IMG/VR virus record: IMGVR_UViG_3300037692_000177
Coordinates: 1-31,519 of that record
Origin: a virus
Lineage: Duplodnaviria > Caudoviricetes
Direction: 5' to 3' (one strand)
DNA length: 31,519 nucleotides
In this document: one piece after another, positions 17,333 to 24,938 of the stretch
How positions within the stretch are numbered: the stretch's first letter is position 1
How the letters are laid out: each line of letters opens with the position of its first letter
Notes under the pieces: model-generated
The model's input: the letters and a program-made list of their open reading frames with translations, nothing else
Told to the model about the DNA's origin: nothing
Database searches by the model: none
Program-made: the position numbers and the translations under genes

Positions 17333-17854
17333 TTAACGAGAGGGCCGATCTTCTTCTCTCGACTTCCCGCGAAGCTCGCGGGTTTTGTGAATCACCGGTT
17401 CGACCAAATCGAAGAGCTGCTTGAACCGGCGATAACGCTGTTGAAACGCCAGCAGATCGCGCTCTGCTTGGGCAAGCACCGCTGCCTGTAGTGAAGCGCT
17501 CTCCATGACTTCGGCATAGTGCCGATAACCGACGCCATCATCAGCCTTGATCGACACAAAGGCCGGAACATTCATCTGCTCGCCATCATCATCCAGTGGC
17601 ACGATAGAGCGAATGATGCGGCGCGACGTTTCAGTCCAATGTGCCTCGGCAGCCTTCTCAACATCCCATTCATACAGATGATAGGCTGGATGCTTCGGAT
17701 TGCCCTTTGCATCGCGCCAGAGCTGGTCCGGTTCGGCTTTTCCGTTATTGCGCTTCGCGATCTTGACGATGGCCTCCCCCAATTTCTGGGGGTCGGCCTT
17801 CTCCAGATTTTTGATCGCAAGCACTTTCTCTTCATTGAAGACGTAGCGGATCAT
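17333..17854 (-). CDS. Conserved phage hypothetical protein; accessory gene of the RAMP/array cassette
   Basis: ATG at 17854 with GGAG RBS just after the upstream stop; HPAYHLYEWDVEKAAEAHW...RRIIRSI, PAFVSI...GYR and C-terminal helices match a pattern I recognise from phage hypotheticals. Confidence 0.8.
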   Translation of the reverse strand: MIRYVFNEEKVLAIKNLEKADPQKLGEAIVKIAKRNNGKAEPDQLWRDAKGNPKHPAYHLYEWDVEKAAEAHWTETSRRIIRSIVPLDDDGEQMNVPAFVSIKADDGVGYRHYAEVMESASLQAAVLAQAERDLLAFQQRYRRFKQLFDLVEPVIHKTRELRGKSREEDRPSR

Positions 17855-17858
17855 TGGG

Positions 17859-18611
17859 TCACTCCGCAGCCATCTTGTAGGACGCAGGCATTGGCAGTTT
17901 GCCCTTGCCGTCCTTGAAGGCGTTCCAGGCTTTCTCCTCATGCTCATCGGCAAGATGGAAAGCGCCGAACATGCCCTTACGCTCGTTACGCCATTCGCCA
18001 AGCCCAGAGGCCATGCCGGCTTCCATGATCAGAAAACCCAGCGCTTCATCGGTGATCACCGTCGAATTGAACCGGCCGGTGATCTGCATGGCCCAAACCG
18101 AGAATTGGGCTCTGTAGGCCAAGTTCGCGACCTTGTTCAGCCCCGCGCCGATCTTCACCATATCCTCGCGGCACAGCGGCGGGTGGCTCGGCTGGTCCGG
18201 GTCGCCGCCGTAGATCCGCAACAGCGGCATATCGCAGATCGCGGATGACAGCGCCGGCCGCGTGCGGATCATATGTGCATCGATCCAGAGCGCGCCGAGA
18301 ACTGCGGTACGTGCAATGCCGCGATCCTTGTGTGCGGACGACAAAATCGCGTTTTTGAAACCGGTCGCCGGGAAACCGTAACTGCCGTCCCCCATCTCGT
18401 ACATGCTGTCAACGAAATCCTGATGCGGATCGCGAACTGACTTGCCCGGCTTGATCGCTTTCGCCTGCTTTTGCAGCATTTCCAGCTTGGCCTTATGACT
18501 CCAAGCATGGGTGATAAGCGGCGTGTCTCCGACGATCCAGATGCTAAAGCGCTTGAACGTCGTCGGCTTCGATAGAGCCTTCGTGAGACTCACAATTTCT
18601 TCTTTTGCCAT
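17859..18611 (-). CDS. Stand-alone RAMP/Cas7-like protein (Vipr-like)
   Basis: ATG at 18611 with GGAGA RBS, 250 aa; N-terminal strand FSIWIVGDTPLITH, YGFPATGFKNAI (cf. RAMP P.IPGSSLKGA.R) and C-terminal Gly-rich loop GLGEWRNERKGMFGAF; no other cas genes in the window. Confidence 0.72.
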   Translation of the reverse strand: MAKEEIVSLTKALSKPTTFKRFSIWIVGDTPLITHAWSHKAKLEMLQKQAKAIKPGKSVRDPHQDFVDSMYEMGDGSYGFPATGFKNAILSSAHKDRGIARTAVLGALWIDAHMIRTRPALSSAICDMPLLRIYGGDPDQPSHPPLCREDMVKIGAGLNKVANLAYRAQFSVWAMQITGRFNSTVITDEALGFLIMEAGMASGLGEWRNERKGMFGAFHLADEHEEKAWNAFKDGKGKLPMPASYKMAAE

Positions 18612-18681
18612 TTTATCTCCTGAATGTGGCCGGTTGCAATCCATTGGCCGTTGGCCAAAATGCGATGCCACGTTTACAAGA

Positions 18682-18737
18682 GTGTACGTAAAGTATATAG
18701 CTCTATGCTGTCAACGCTAAATATACGAAAAGTTCAC
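18682..18737. promoter_or_regulatory. Leftward sigma70-like promoter with two flanking 17-bp pseudo-palindromic operators
   Basis: TTGACA on the minus strand at 18709-18714; GTGTACGTAAAGTATAT (18682-18698) and ATATACGAAAAGTTCAC (18721-18737) match at 12/17 as an inverted pair; the -10 element is weak. Confidence 0.55.
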
Positions 18738-18742
18738 AAAGG

Positions 18743-18771
18743 TTGCCGTACCGATGCCAATCGCATACTTT
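18743..18771 (+). promoter_or_regulatory. Rightward promoter for the XRE gene (probably leaderless mRNA)
   Basis: TTGCCG-N17-TACTTT, then 6 nt, then GTG at 18778; no SD sequence. Confidence 0.55.
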
Positions 18772-18777
18772 GCCCGC

Positions 18778-19014
18778 GTGATCACGCCCGCTCAAATCCG
18801 CGCAGCCAGAGCGCTTGTTGGTTGGACCCAAGCCGATCTTTCAAGGGCGTCCGGCGTGTCCGAGATCAGCATCAAGAACATTGAGCGCGGCGTTACCGAT
18901 CCGCGCGCAAGTACATTGGCGGCTATTCAGAAGGCTTTCGATGAAGCCGGCGCCATGTTCCTAGAACCAGGCGATACTCGCGATGGCGGCAGCGGCATCA
19001 GACTCAAAAAATAG
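18778..19014 (+). CDS. XRE-family HTH transcriptional regulator
   Basis: ITPAQIRAARALVGWTQADLSRASGVSEISIKNIERG...PRASTLAAIQKAF...GIRL; divergent from the RAMP-like gene; ORF track start 18754. Confidence 0.9.
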   Translation: MITPAQIRAARALVGWTQADLSRASGVSEISIKNIERGVTDPRASTLAAIQKAFDEAGAMFLEPGDTRDGGSGIRLKK

Positions 19015-19018
19015 GGTA

Positions 19019-22000
19019 TCAGACTCGGTCATTGGTTTGGACCGAAGGAATAATCGCTAAGACCGTACAGGGGCGGGGTGCCTGCGCCCGCAGTTGGATT
19101 CTGGAATCCGCGTTATGCGTGCCGTTCATCGACATGGCAACTTGATCGAAGTCTTCGAAAATCTTATCGGCATCAACGACAGCCCCGCCATCAATGACTT
19201 GAGGCAGTCCATCAAGGTGGCCGGTATCGGATCCGTACTGGAGGCCCCGGCAATGAGTCTTGCTCAGGACGAACGCCACTTGAGCGACGCGTTTCATCTG
19301 AGCCAAAGCCGTGCCGCCTTCAGCGGCGTAAGCCAATTTTGCCGAGCGCCAATCCGCACTATAGGGCAATCCCGCTACTGCGTGATGGACACTTTCATTT
19401 AACGTAATCGTCCCCGCGCCCGTATCGACTGTGTAGAGCGTTTGTGCTGAATTATAGCCGGGCGATAGATCCTTCCCCGCCGTTGACTGCCCTGTGTCGT
19501 CGCTCCAGACCACGACCGACTTGCCCGCGAGATGGCTGAAGCCGGTCAGAACGCTGGCGCGGCCGGTGTCCGTGAAAGAAACGGCACAGTCGGCTAGATA
19601 CGACAGCCCCGTATCGCCTTGGCATTCTGCCTGCATGGCCCATTTTTCGAGGTAACGCTTGGTGACGCTGTTTATAGTACGGCGAATGTGATAAAAAACG
19701 GCGTCCTCGGAGATGCCTGGCAGCGACATCACCCGTTCGACAAAACCGTCCGTTGACCACGTATACCAGCAGATGATCTCTTCCTGTGGCTCGTAGGTGA
19801 GGAGCCCACAGGTTCCGTCGGCAAGAGCCACGTGAATTCGTGTGTCGGGCTGCCGCTGTATCGCGACCGATACGATGCCAGCGGCGAGCAGATCCGGAAT
19901 TAACGTCGTCAGCTCGCTGCCTTCGAAGTCCCCGAACGTAGCGCCGCTCGTGCCTGCGCCCACCATGAAGATACGCTGCTTAGAGCGCTGCACCACGATG
20001 GCCCGGTTGTCCATCTTGAGAGCGCGGAGATTGGCGGAGCCTTGCGTGGAGAACGCGCTGGCGCTAGAATTGGTTGGCGTCACTGGTTCGTCGAGCGATG
20101 ATGATTTCAGCGCGATCTCGGCGCCGGCCGTGCCGATGATCAGCCGCAGCAATGATATCAGATAGACGATATTATCGACCGGCCCGGAGCCGAGCGTGCG
20201 GATGATGGGAGCAGCATCGCCTATTGTGGCGTCATCGAAGCTCTCGAAGTCATCGGAGACGGACAGGAACAGGTTGCCGCCATTGGCATGACCGAGCCTG
20301 CCGCCATGCAACGCCACGGCTGACGGGAAGCTTCTAGCATCAGACCAGTAGCCTTCCTGCCAATTGTCCGATGTGCCGGTGTCGGAAAAGCGGCTCAGAA
20401 CCTCGATGCCAACGGAAGTGTTGGAATTATAATCGGTGACACGGGCGATGCCGGTAACGCCGCCGCCACCATAAGTGATGGCTACCACAGGTACGCCAGA
20501 AGTATATGCAGAAACTCGCGCACGATACCAAACCTTGATGTTGTTATCGTCATCATTGATCGTCCGGCTGAAAGTACCAGTGTCTGTGGCAGCACTCCCA
20601 GCCATGAAATTTGTCGGAACTGGATTAAACCCAAAATCGAGATTATTGATAGATCGCTCTATGATGATTGTGCCAGACCATGTCCCGCTGACAGAGACTA
20701 TAACTTGTCGCTCACTTCCTGCACCGGTACCAGTATCCTGGATGCCAGTGACTTCAATAGCATCGGTCTTCGCATCCAGCGCTCCAAGCCGCCATTGCCC
20801 ACCCTGTCCCTCATTAAAAATGCGGATCAGCGCTCCAACATGCCCGACCGTGAAGAATGGATTGTCCGAATTCAGCGTCGTATTGCCGAAGAAATGGCTG
20901 ACGGACATTCTTGCGGCCGACGAAGGTGCAGCCAGGAAAGGCCCATTATTGGGTGCATAATCTACAACCGACCATGAGCGTCCCGTACCACGGCGCTCGA
21001 TCTTGCTGGACCTGACTGCGGCGCAATCGACATAGACCACGTCTGCCGATTGGTCATATCGTATATTGTCGAGATCGTTCGTATCCCATGGCGCATCGAT
21101 CTCAACCGTGCCACTGTCGCCGATGGCAATAGATTCAACAATCCGGTTTACTAACGCGTCGCTTTGAAAGGTGATATGAAAATCGCTGGATGGCGTAAAG
21201 GCGAGGTTGTGATGTCCTGTGCCAACGGATGTTTCCGAGATAAAATCATCGTCACCCGCCGACGAGCCAACACGCAAAACCACAGGACCGCGACTGACAT
21301 CAATATTCAAGGAATGTTCAACGCCATAATCGCCAGTATCGACAATGACGCGCTTGGTTGCCTTAGCGCGAGATCCAATTGCATTAGCGTTGAGGATGAG
21401 CCCGGATGCATCAAATCTTGCTTGCGTCGAACTGTCAACCTCAAATAGTTCAACTTCAGAAATGAATAGCTCTCCGCTCACATCGCCGCCGCCGGTGATC
21501 TCCTTGACGTTCCACCGATAAAACCGGAAGGCTTGCGGCGATCCGACTGCAAATTCCCGTTTCTCGCTGACCGCCCATCCGGTTTGATCGCCGCCAGTGT
21601 CTAGCGTCGTCCAACTTGCATCTGAGCCTGTATCGATATCGTTGCCTTGAAAGTCCCAACTGCGCGGCACATTATCCAACTGGGAGGAATTCGCTCCAGC
21701 TCGGAGCGTATAGCGAGCAACCGTCTTGGTATTGCCTGCGCCAAAGTCAACCTTCAACCAGCTTGGGAGCGTGCCTCCTTGGAAGGTGCCCGTATCGGCC
21801 CAGCCGGTAGTATTGTTGTTATCGCCAGTCTGCCAGGATCTTCCGCCCAGTCCGCCGCCAAGCGCGTTCGACGATGACGCCGTCATGGTAACACCACTCG
21901 TAGTGTTACTCGTCATGGTAGGAATGAGATCACCTGCCGCTGATGCGACCGTTCCGCCGGTGCTGGCGTTCGTCCATCCGGTATCGCTGAAACTCACGCT

Positions 22001-22327
22001 TGCCACGACGAGCGGACGGCCAAGCAGCGCTAGTTCATGCGCATCCTCACCCAGCCATATGCGCATCTTCTCGTTGGTGAGTTCCGCCAGAGCAACGTCG
22101 GTGGTCGAGGCGACAAATTCGATAAATTCCGCGCCGGTGTCCCGAAGCGAACTTCCCATGAATTTCGTACCGGGCCGGATGCTCATCGCGCCGACTGTCT
22201 CAGGAACCCAGTTGTTGTAGACTTCTGCCGACAAGCGCGTGCGGTCGAGGTCAACACGCGCGAGTGCCTTGGGACTGATAAGCCCTCTATTGAAAGGATA
22301 AAAGTGAGGCGTTTTGACGCATAGCAC
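19019..22327 (-). CDS. Tail tubular protein B (nozzle) with inserted discoidin/F5-8 type C-like domain; start region out of frame
   Basis: FNRGLISP N-terminus, QSADVVYV, WQEGYWSDARSFPSAV, QAPRPCTVLAI C-terminus; follows tubular A. The best SD (GGAGGT) serves ATG at 22322 in another frame. Confidence 0.85.
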   Translation of the reverse strand: MLCVKTPHFYPFNRGLISPKALARVDLDRTRLSAEVYNNWVPETVGAMSIRPGTKFMGSSLRDTGAEFIEFVASTTDVALAELTNEKMRIWLGEDAHELALLGRPLVVASVSFSDTGWTNASTGGTVASAAGDLIPTMTSNTTSGVTMTASSSNALGGGLGGRSWQTGDNNNTTGWADTGTFQGGTLPSWLKVDFGAGNTKTVARYTLRAGANSSQLDNVPRSWDFQGNDIDTGSDASWTTLDTGGDQTGWAVSEKREFAVGSPQAFRFYRWNVKEITGGGDVSGELFISEVELFEVDSSTQARFDASGLILNANAIGSRAKATKRVIVDTGDYGVEHSLNIDVSRGPVVLRVGSSAGDDDFISETSVGTGHHNLAFTPSSDFHITFQSDALVNRIVESIAIGDSGTVEIDAPWDTNDLDNIRYDQSADVVYVDCAAVRSSKIERRGTGRSWSVVDYAPNNGPFLAAPSSAARMSVSHFFGNTTLNSDNPFFTVGHVGALIRIFNEGQGGQWRLGALDAKTDAIEVTGIQDTGTGAGSERQVIVSVSGTWSGTIIIERSINNLDFGFNPVPTNFMAGSAATDTGTFSRTINDDDNNIKVWYRARVSAYTSGVPVVAITYGGGGVTGIARVTDYNSNTSVGIEVLSRFSDTGTSDNWQEGYWSDARSFPSAVALHGGRLGHANGGNLFLSVSDDFESFDDATIGDAAPIIRTLGSGPVDNIVYLISLLRLIIGTAGAEIALKSSSLDEPVTPTNSSASAFSTQGSANLRALKMDNRAIVVQRSKQRIFMVGAGTSGATFGDFEGSELTTLIPDLLAAGIVSVAIQRQPDTRIHVALADGTCGLLTYEPQEEIICWYTWSTDGFVERVMSLPGISEDAVFYHIRRTINSVTKRYLEKWAMQAECQGDTGLSYLADCAVSFTDTGRASVLTGFSHLAGKSVVVWSDDTGQSTAGKDLSPGYNSAQTLYTVDTGAGTITLNESVHHAVAGLPYSADWRSAKLAYAAEGGTALAQMKRVAQVAFVLSKTHCRGLQYGSDTGHLDGLPQVIDGGAVVDADKIFEDFDQVAMSMNGTHNADSRIQLRAQAPRPCTVLAIIPSVQTNDRV

Positions 22328-22355
22328 TTACCTCCGTTCTATTGCATATTTATTC

Positions 22356-23000
22356 ATGACTTATGACCTCACAAATGTGCGAATCAGTAAACTGACAGTT
22401 TTGCGGAAGTCGCATTCCACCCTTGGCAAAGGCATTTACTGGCATTGCACCTGCGATTGCGGCAATGAGGTCATTATACAGGCGTCTAGACTTCACCGAA
22501 AGGCTGTCATGTCGTGTGGTTGCGCCAAAGGACGCCACAAACACTCCGGAAACGGTAAAGATCGGAAACCTTCTGGAACCTATCGAAGCTGGGCCAACAT
22601 GGTTGCTCGCTGCACCCAGCCTTCAAACCCAGCATATGAGCATTACAAGAAACGTGGCATCACCGTCTGCGAGCGTTGGCAAAAATTTGATAACTTTCTC
22701 GAAGACATGGGCGAGCGTCCTGGTGGACACCGCGAATATACCGTTGAGCGTGTCGATAATAATAAGGATTATGAACCAGACAATTGCATTTGGGCGACCT
22801 GGAAACAGCAAGGCAACAACAGAACCCCGAATAACGGCACCGCGAACCCTGCCGCGAAACTAACAGACGAGCAGGTTGCTGCCATACGCCTTGATACAAG
22901 ATCCCAAGCTAAAATTGCCGCTGATTACGGGGTCTGGCAAACTCAGATCAGTCGCATCAAACGAGGTGTTCAACGAAAACTGCCGTCACCCAATGAGTGA
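22356..23000 (+). CDS. Free-standing HNH-type homing endonuclease with C-terminal HTH
   Basis: WHCTCDCG...SCGC, YRSWANMVARC, RGITVCERW, FLEDMGERP, VERVDNNKDYEPDNCIWAT..QQGNNR, AKLTDEQV...IAADYGV...ISRIKRG; AT-richer than flanks and antisense. Confidence 0.88.
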   Translation: MTYDLTNVRISKLTVLRKSHSTLGKGIYWHCTCDCGNEVIIQASRLHRKAVMSCGCAKGRHKHSGNGKDRKPSGTYRSWANMVARCTQPSNPAYEHYKKRGITVCERWQKFDNFLEDMGERPGGHREYTVERVDNNKDYEPDNCIWATWKQQGNNRTPNNGTANPAAKLTDEQVAAIRLDTRSQAKIAADYGVWQTQISRIKRGVQRKLPSPNE

Positions 23001-23624
23001 CCCGCGAGAACCGCGCTCGCGACCATTGCTTCTACCGCCGCGCGCCAAAGTCCAGGAGCCGGGCGGCGAAAACTTAGTTCCCTCGTCCATCGCGTCTAAA
23101 ATCTTTGCCTGCTTGCGCGCGCGGTCGCGGTCCTTCTCAAGATCGGCCTTCAGCGAATTGCTTTGGGTAATCCGCAGACAACTGCGAACGGCAAGCTCCA
23201 ACTCGACGAAGCGCGTGAACGCCGCCGGCCAACGCGTGAGGTCGAGGCCAAGACCGGTGTCGTTGCTGACATAGCGGATGTAGACAGGCGTATTATCCGC
23301 AGACCAGAAGTTGGAATCGTCATAGTAGGACAGCAGCGGGAAGTTCAGATATTCATCCTCGGAGATGCTGATTGTCCTGACCCAATCCGACGGCTTAGCG
23401 AAAACATTGGGATAACCGAACTCGGGCGTGACGCCAGTGTCTGCATCAGCCTTGATCGTCTCCATGGCGAAATTCCAGGAGGCTTCGGCAATGCAATCGG
23501 CGACCACGCGATCATAGCGGCCAACGAGGATACGGCCAGCCTCGACGGCCTCACCGGTGTCGGCAAGCGGGCGATGACCGAGATCGTCCAGGCTTTGATT
23601 GAAGATCCCGAGTTTTGTTGCCAC
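22986..23624 (-). CDS. Tail tubular protein A (adaptor)
   Basis: MATKLGIFNQSL..LG, SWNFAM, F.KPSDWVR, YIRYV, WPAAFTRFVELELA fit the T7 gp11-like pattern. Confidence 0.85.
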   Translation of the reverse strand: MATKLGIFNQSLDDLGHRPLADTGEAVEAGRILVGRYDRVVADCIAEASWNFAMETIKADADTGVTPEFGYPNVFAKPSDWVRTISISEDEYLNFPLLSYYDDSNFWSADNTPVYIRYVSNDTGLGLDLTRWPAAFTRFVELELAVRSCLRITQSNSLKADLEKDRDRARKQAKILDAMDEGTKFSPPGSWTLARGGRSNGRERGSRGSLIG

Positions 23625-23639
23625 GTTCCCGCCTCCCGC

Positions 23640-24116
23640 TTAAGCGGCTTCTGCCGCCAGCTTCGCCGGATCGACCCACGGCAATCCCGTCTTCAGATTG
23701 AGCGGGCAAGGCCTGCCGGTCTTGAGATCGACGCTTGGGCCGACGCAGATCAGATTGACGCCGCATGGATTGTTCATAGCATCACGCACGATGCCGGTGA
23801 TCAGCAGCCAGGCCATGAAGCTATGGTCGGCGGTCGTGGCATAGATCAGCGAATTGACGCGATCGATTTGAGTCTTCGTCGAATTGGCGGCGATCGGGCC
23901 GACGATGGAAGACCATGCAACCGGCTTCATCACATCTTCGAACGTCCAGCCGGTGGGAACGGCAATCGTCATGATTTCCGTCTCGCCATAGCCGAGAGGC
24001 TTGAGGCTGGAGGGAGAGAAGGTCTTCGGCTTGACCTCGCGAAGGGTCTGCGGCGCAGGCTTCATGATGGGCGGAACGGCTTTAGCCGGCTTGGCCGGCG
24101 CGGTAACATCAGACAT
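23640..24116 (-). CDS. Phage hypothetical protein
   Basis: ATG at 24116 with AAGGA RBS; co-directional within the head-tail region. Confidence 0.7.
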   Translation of the reverse strand: MSDVTAPAKPAKAVPPIMKPAPQTLREVKPKTFSPSSLKPLGYGETEIMTIAVPTGWTFEDVMKPVAWSSIVGPIAANSTKTQIDRVNSLIYATTADHSFMAWLLITGIVRDAMNNPCGVNLICVGPSVDLKTGRPCPLNLKTGLPWVDPAKLAAEAA

Positions 24117-24144
24117 GGATTTTCCTTTTGAGGAGTGAATGAAA

Positions 24145-24170
24145 GGAGCCGCCAAAAACGCGGCGGCTCC
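24145..24170 (-). terminator. Hairpin, probable terminator after the capsid gene block
   Basis: 9-bp stem GGAGCCGCC/GGCGGCTCC followed by TTTCATT on the minus strand. Confidence 0.55.
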
Positions 24171-24224
24171 AGTCTGGGAGAAAACGTCAGCCCGTATCGC
24201 CGATAAGGGGAGTGGGCCAGCGCG

Positions 24225-24578
24225 TCACTGCGCCGACGGGGTCATGAAGAGAAGGGAAACGCCTGCGTTGCCAACCCCAGAACCAGCAATCGGCCTGACT
24301 GAACCCGCATAAAGTAGGTCCAAACCAGTTGCTAACTGAAACTTGATATCAGGCGATGTATTGTCATAGAAATCGTGAAAATTTGATGGTGACAGCTCAT
24401 TGCTTGCGCTTACTTTGACGTGACCGCCATTGAAAGTGCCCCAATAGTGAATAGAGGCAAGCCTCAGGCCAGCGCAGTTGAAGACTTGGCCGTCGTCGCC
24501 AGCAGACAGACCGGGCCACTCTACTTTAACGTACCCGCCGGCAAGATTTACCTCAGAGTTGTAGCTAACCGTTGCCAT
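24225..24578 (-). CDS. Small beta-rich protein, possible capsid decoration protein (moron-like)
   Basis: VEWPGLSAGDDG...WGTFNGGHVKVSASN...VRP pattern; AAGGA RBS; AT-richer than neighbours. Confidence 0.65.
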   Translation of the reverse strand: MATVSYNSEVNLAGGYVKVEWPGLSAGDDGQVFNCAGLRLASIHYWGTFNGGHVKVSASNELSPSNFHDFYDNTSPDIKFQLATGLDLLYAGSVRPIAGSGVGNAGVSLLFMTPSAQ

Positions 24579-24606
24579 GGATTTTCCTTATGATTGCCGA
24601 GATCGA

Positions 24607-24634
24607 GGGGCTGGCAAAAATACACGCCAGCCCC
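24607..24634. terminator. 9-bp hairpin downstream of the 91-aa gene
   Basis: GGGGCTGGC-AAAAATACAC-GCCAGCCCC; no clear U tract. Confidence 0.4.
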
Positions 24635-24648
24635 AAGCGGTGTTATGG

Positions 24649-24924
24649 TTACGAAGTGTCGCCGATGATCACCTGACCATCCAGCGTCAACTGGGTGGAG
24701 CCGGTATCGGTCATGCCTGAGATCTTCAGGCCGTAGATGATCCTGCGGGACGTGTCTTGATACTCGACGAAGTCGCCGCTATCGCAGCCCTTCAGTGCGC
24801 CGTCAGTGACAAAGCCAGAAGCAATGACATCAGCGACCGGTCCGGTGTCTTCGTAAGTCCAGGACTTACGACCGGCGATCGACTGCTGACGGAGGTTGAA
24901 GTTGGCGGATTGATAGTTAGCCAT
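24649..24924 (-). CDS. Small head-associated protein (possible decoration/cement)
   Basis: Directly after the capsid gene; AGGAGG RBS; W.Y...D.V..SGFVTDG...GD pattern. Confidence 0.7.
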   Translation of the reverse strand: MANYQSANFNLRQQSIAGRKSWTYEDTGPVADVIASGFVTDGALKGCDSGDFVEYQDTSRRIIYGLKISGMTDTGSTQLTLDGQVIIGDTS

Positions 24925-24938
24925 TAGTTCAGTCCTCC

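Noticed and set aside
16594-17491. ORF-track entries over the array (16594-16902, 16748-17011, 16881-17093, 16975-17268, 17258-17491)
   Set aside because: Low-complexity translations produced by stop-poor 5-nt repeats; no convincing RBS; periodicity is 5, not 3
17855-18001. N-terminal extension of the 222-aa ORF, and similar extensions at 18612-18671, 16500-16571, 16141-16206, 25773-25853, 27039-27089, 29450-29602
   Set aside because: They overlap neighbouring genes or regulatory hairpins; internal ATGs have better RBS or coupling
22336-23000. Group I intron carrying the HNH gene
   Set aside because: The gene is intergenic and antisense, both flanking tail genes appear to have their own ends, and there is no room for an intron core
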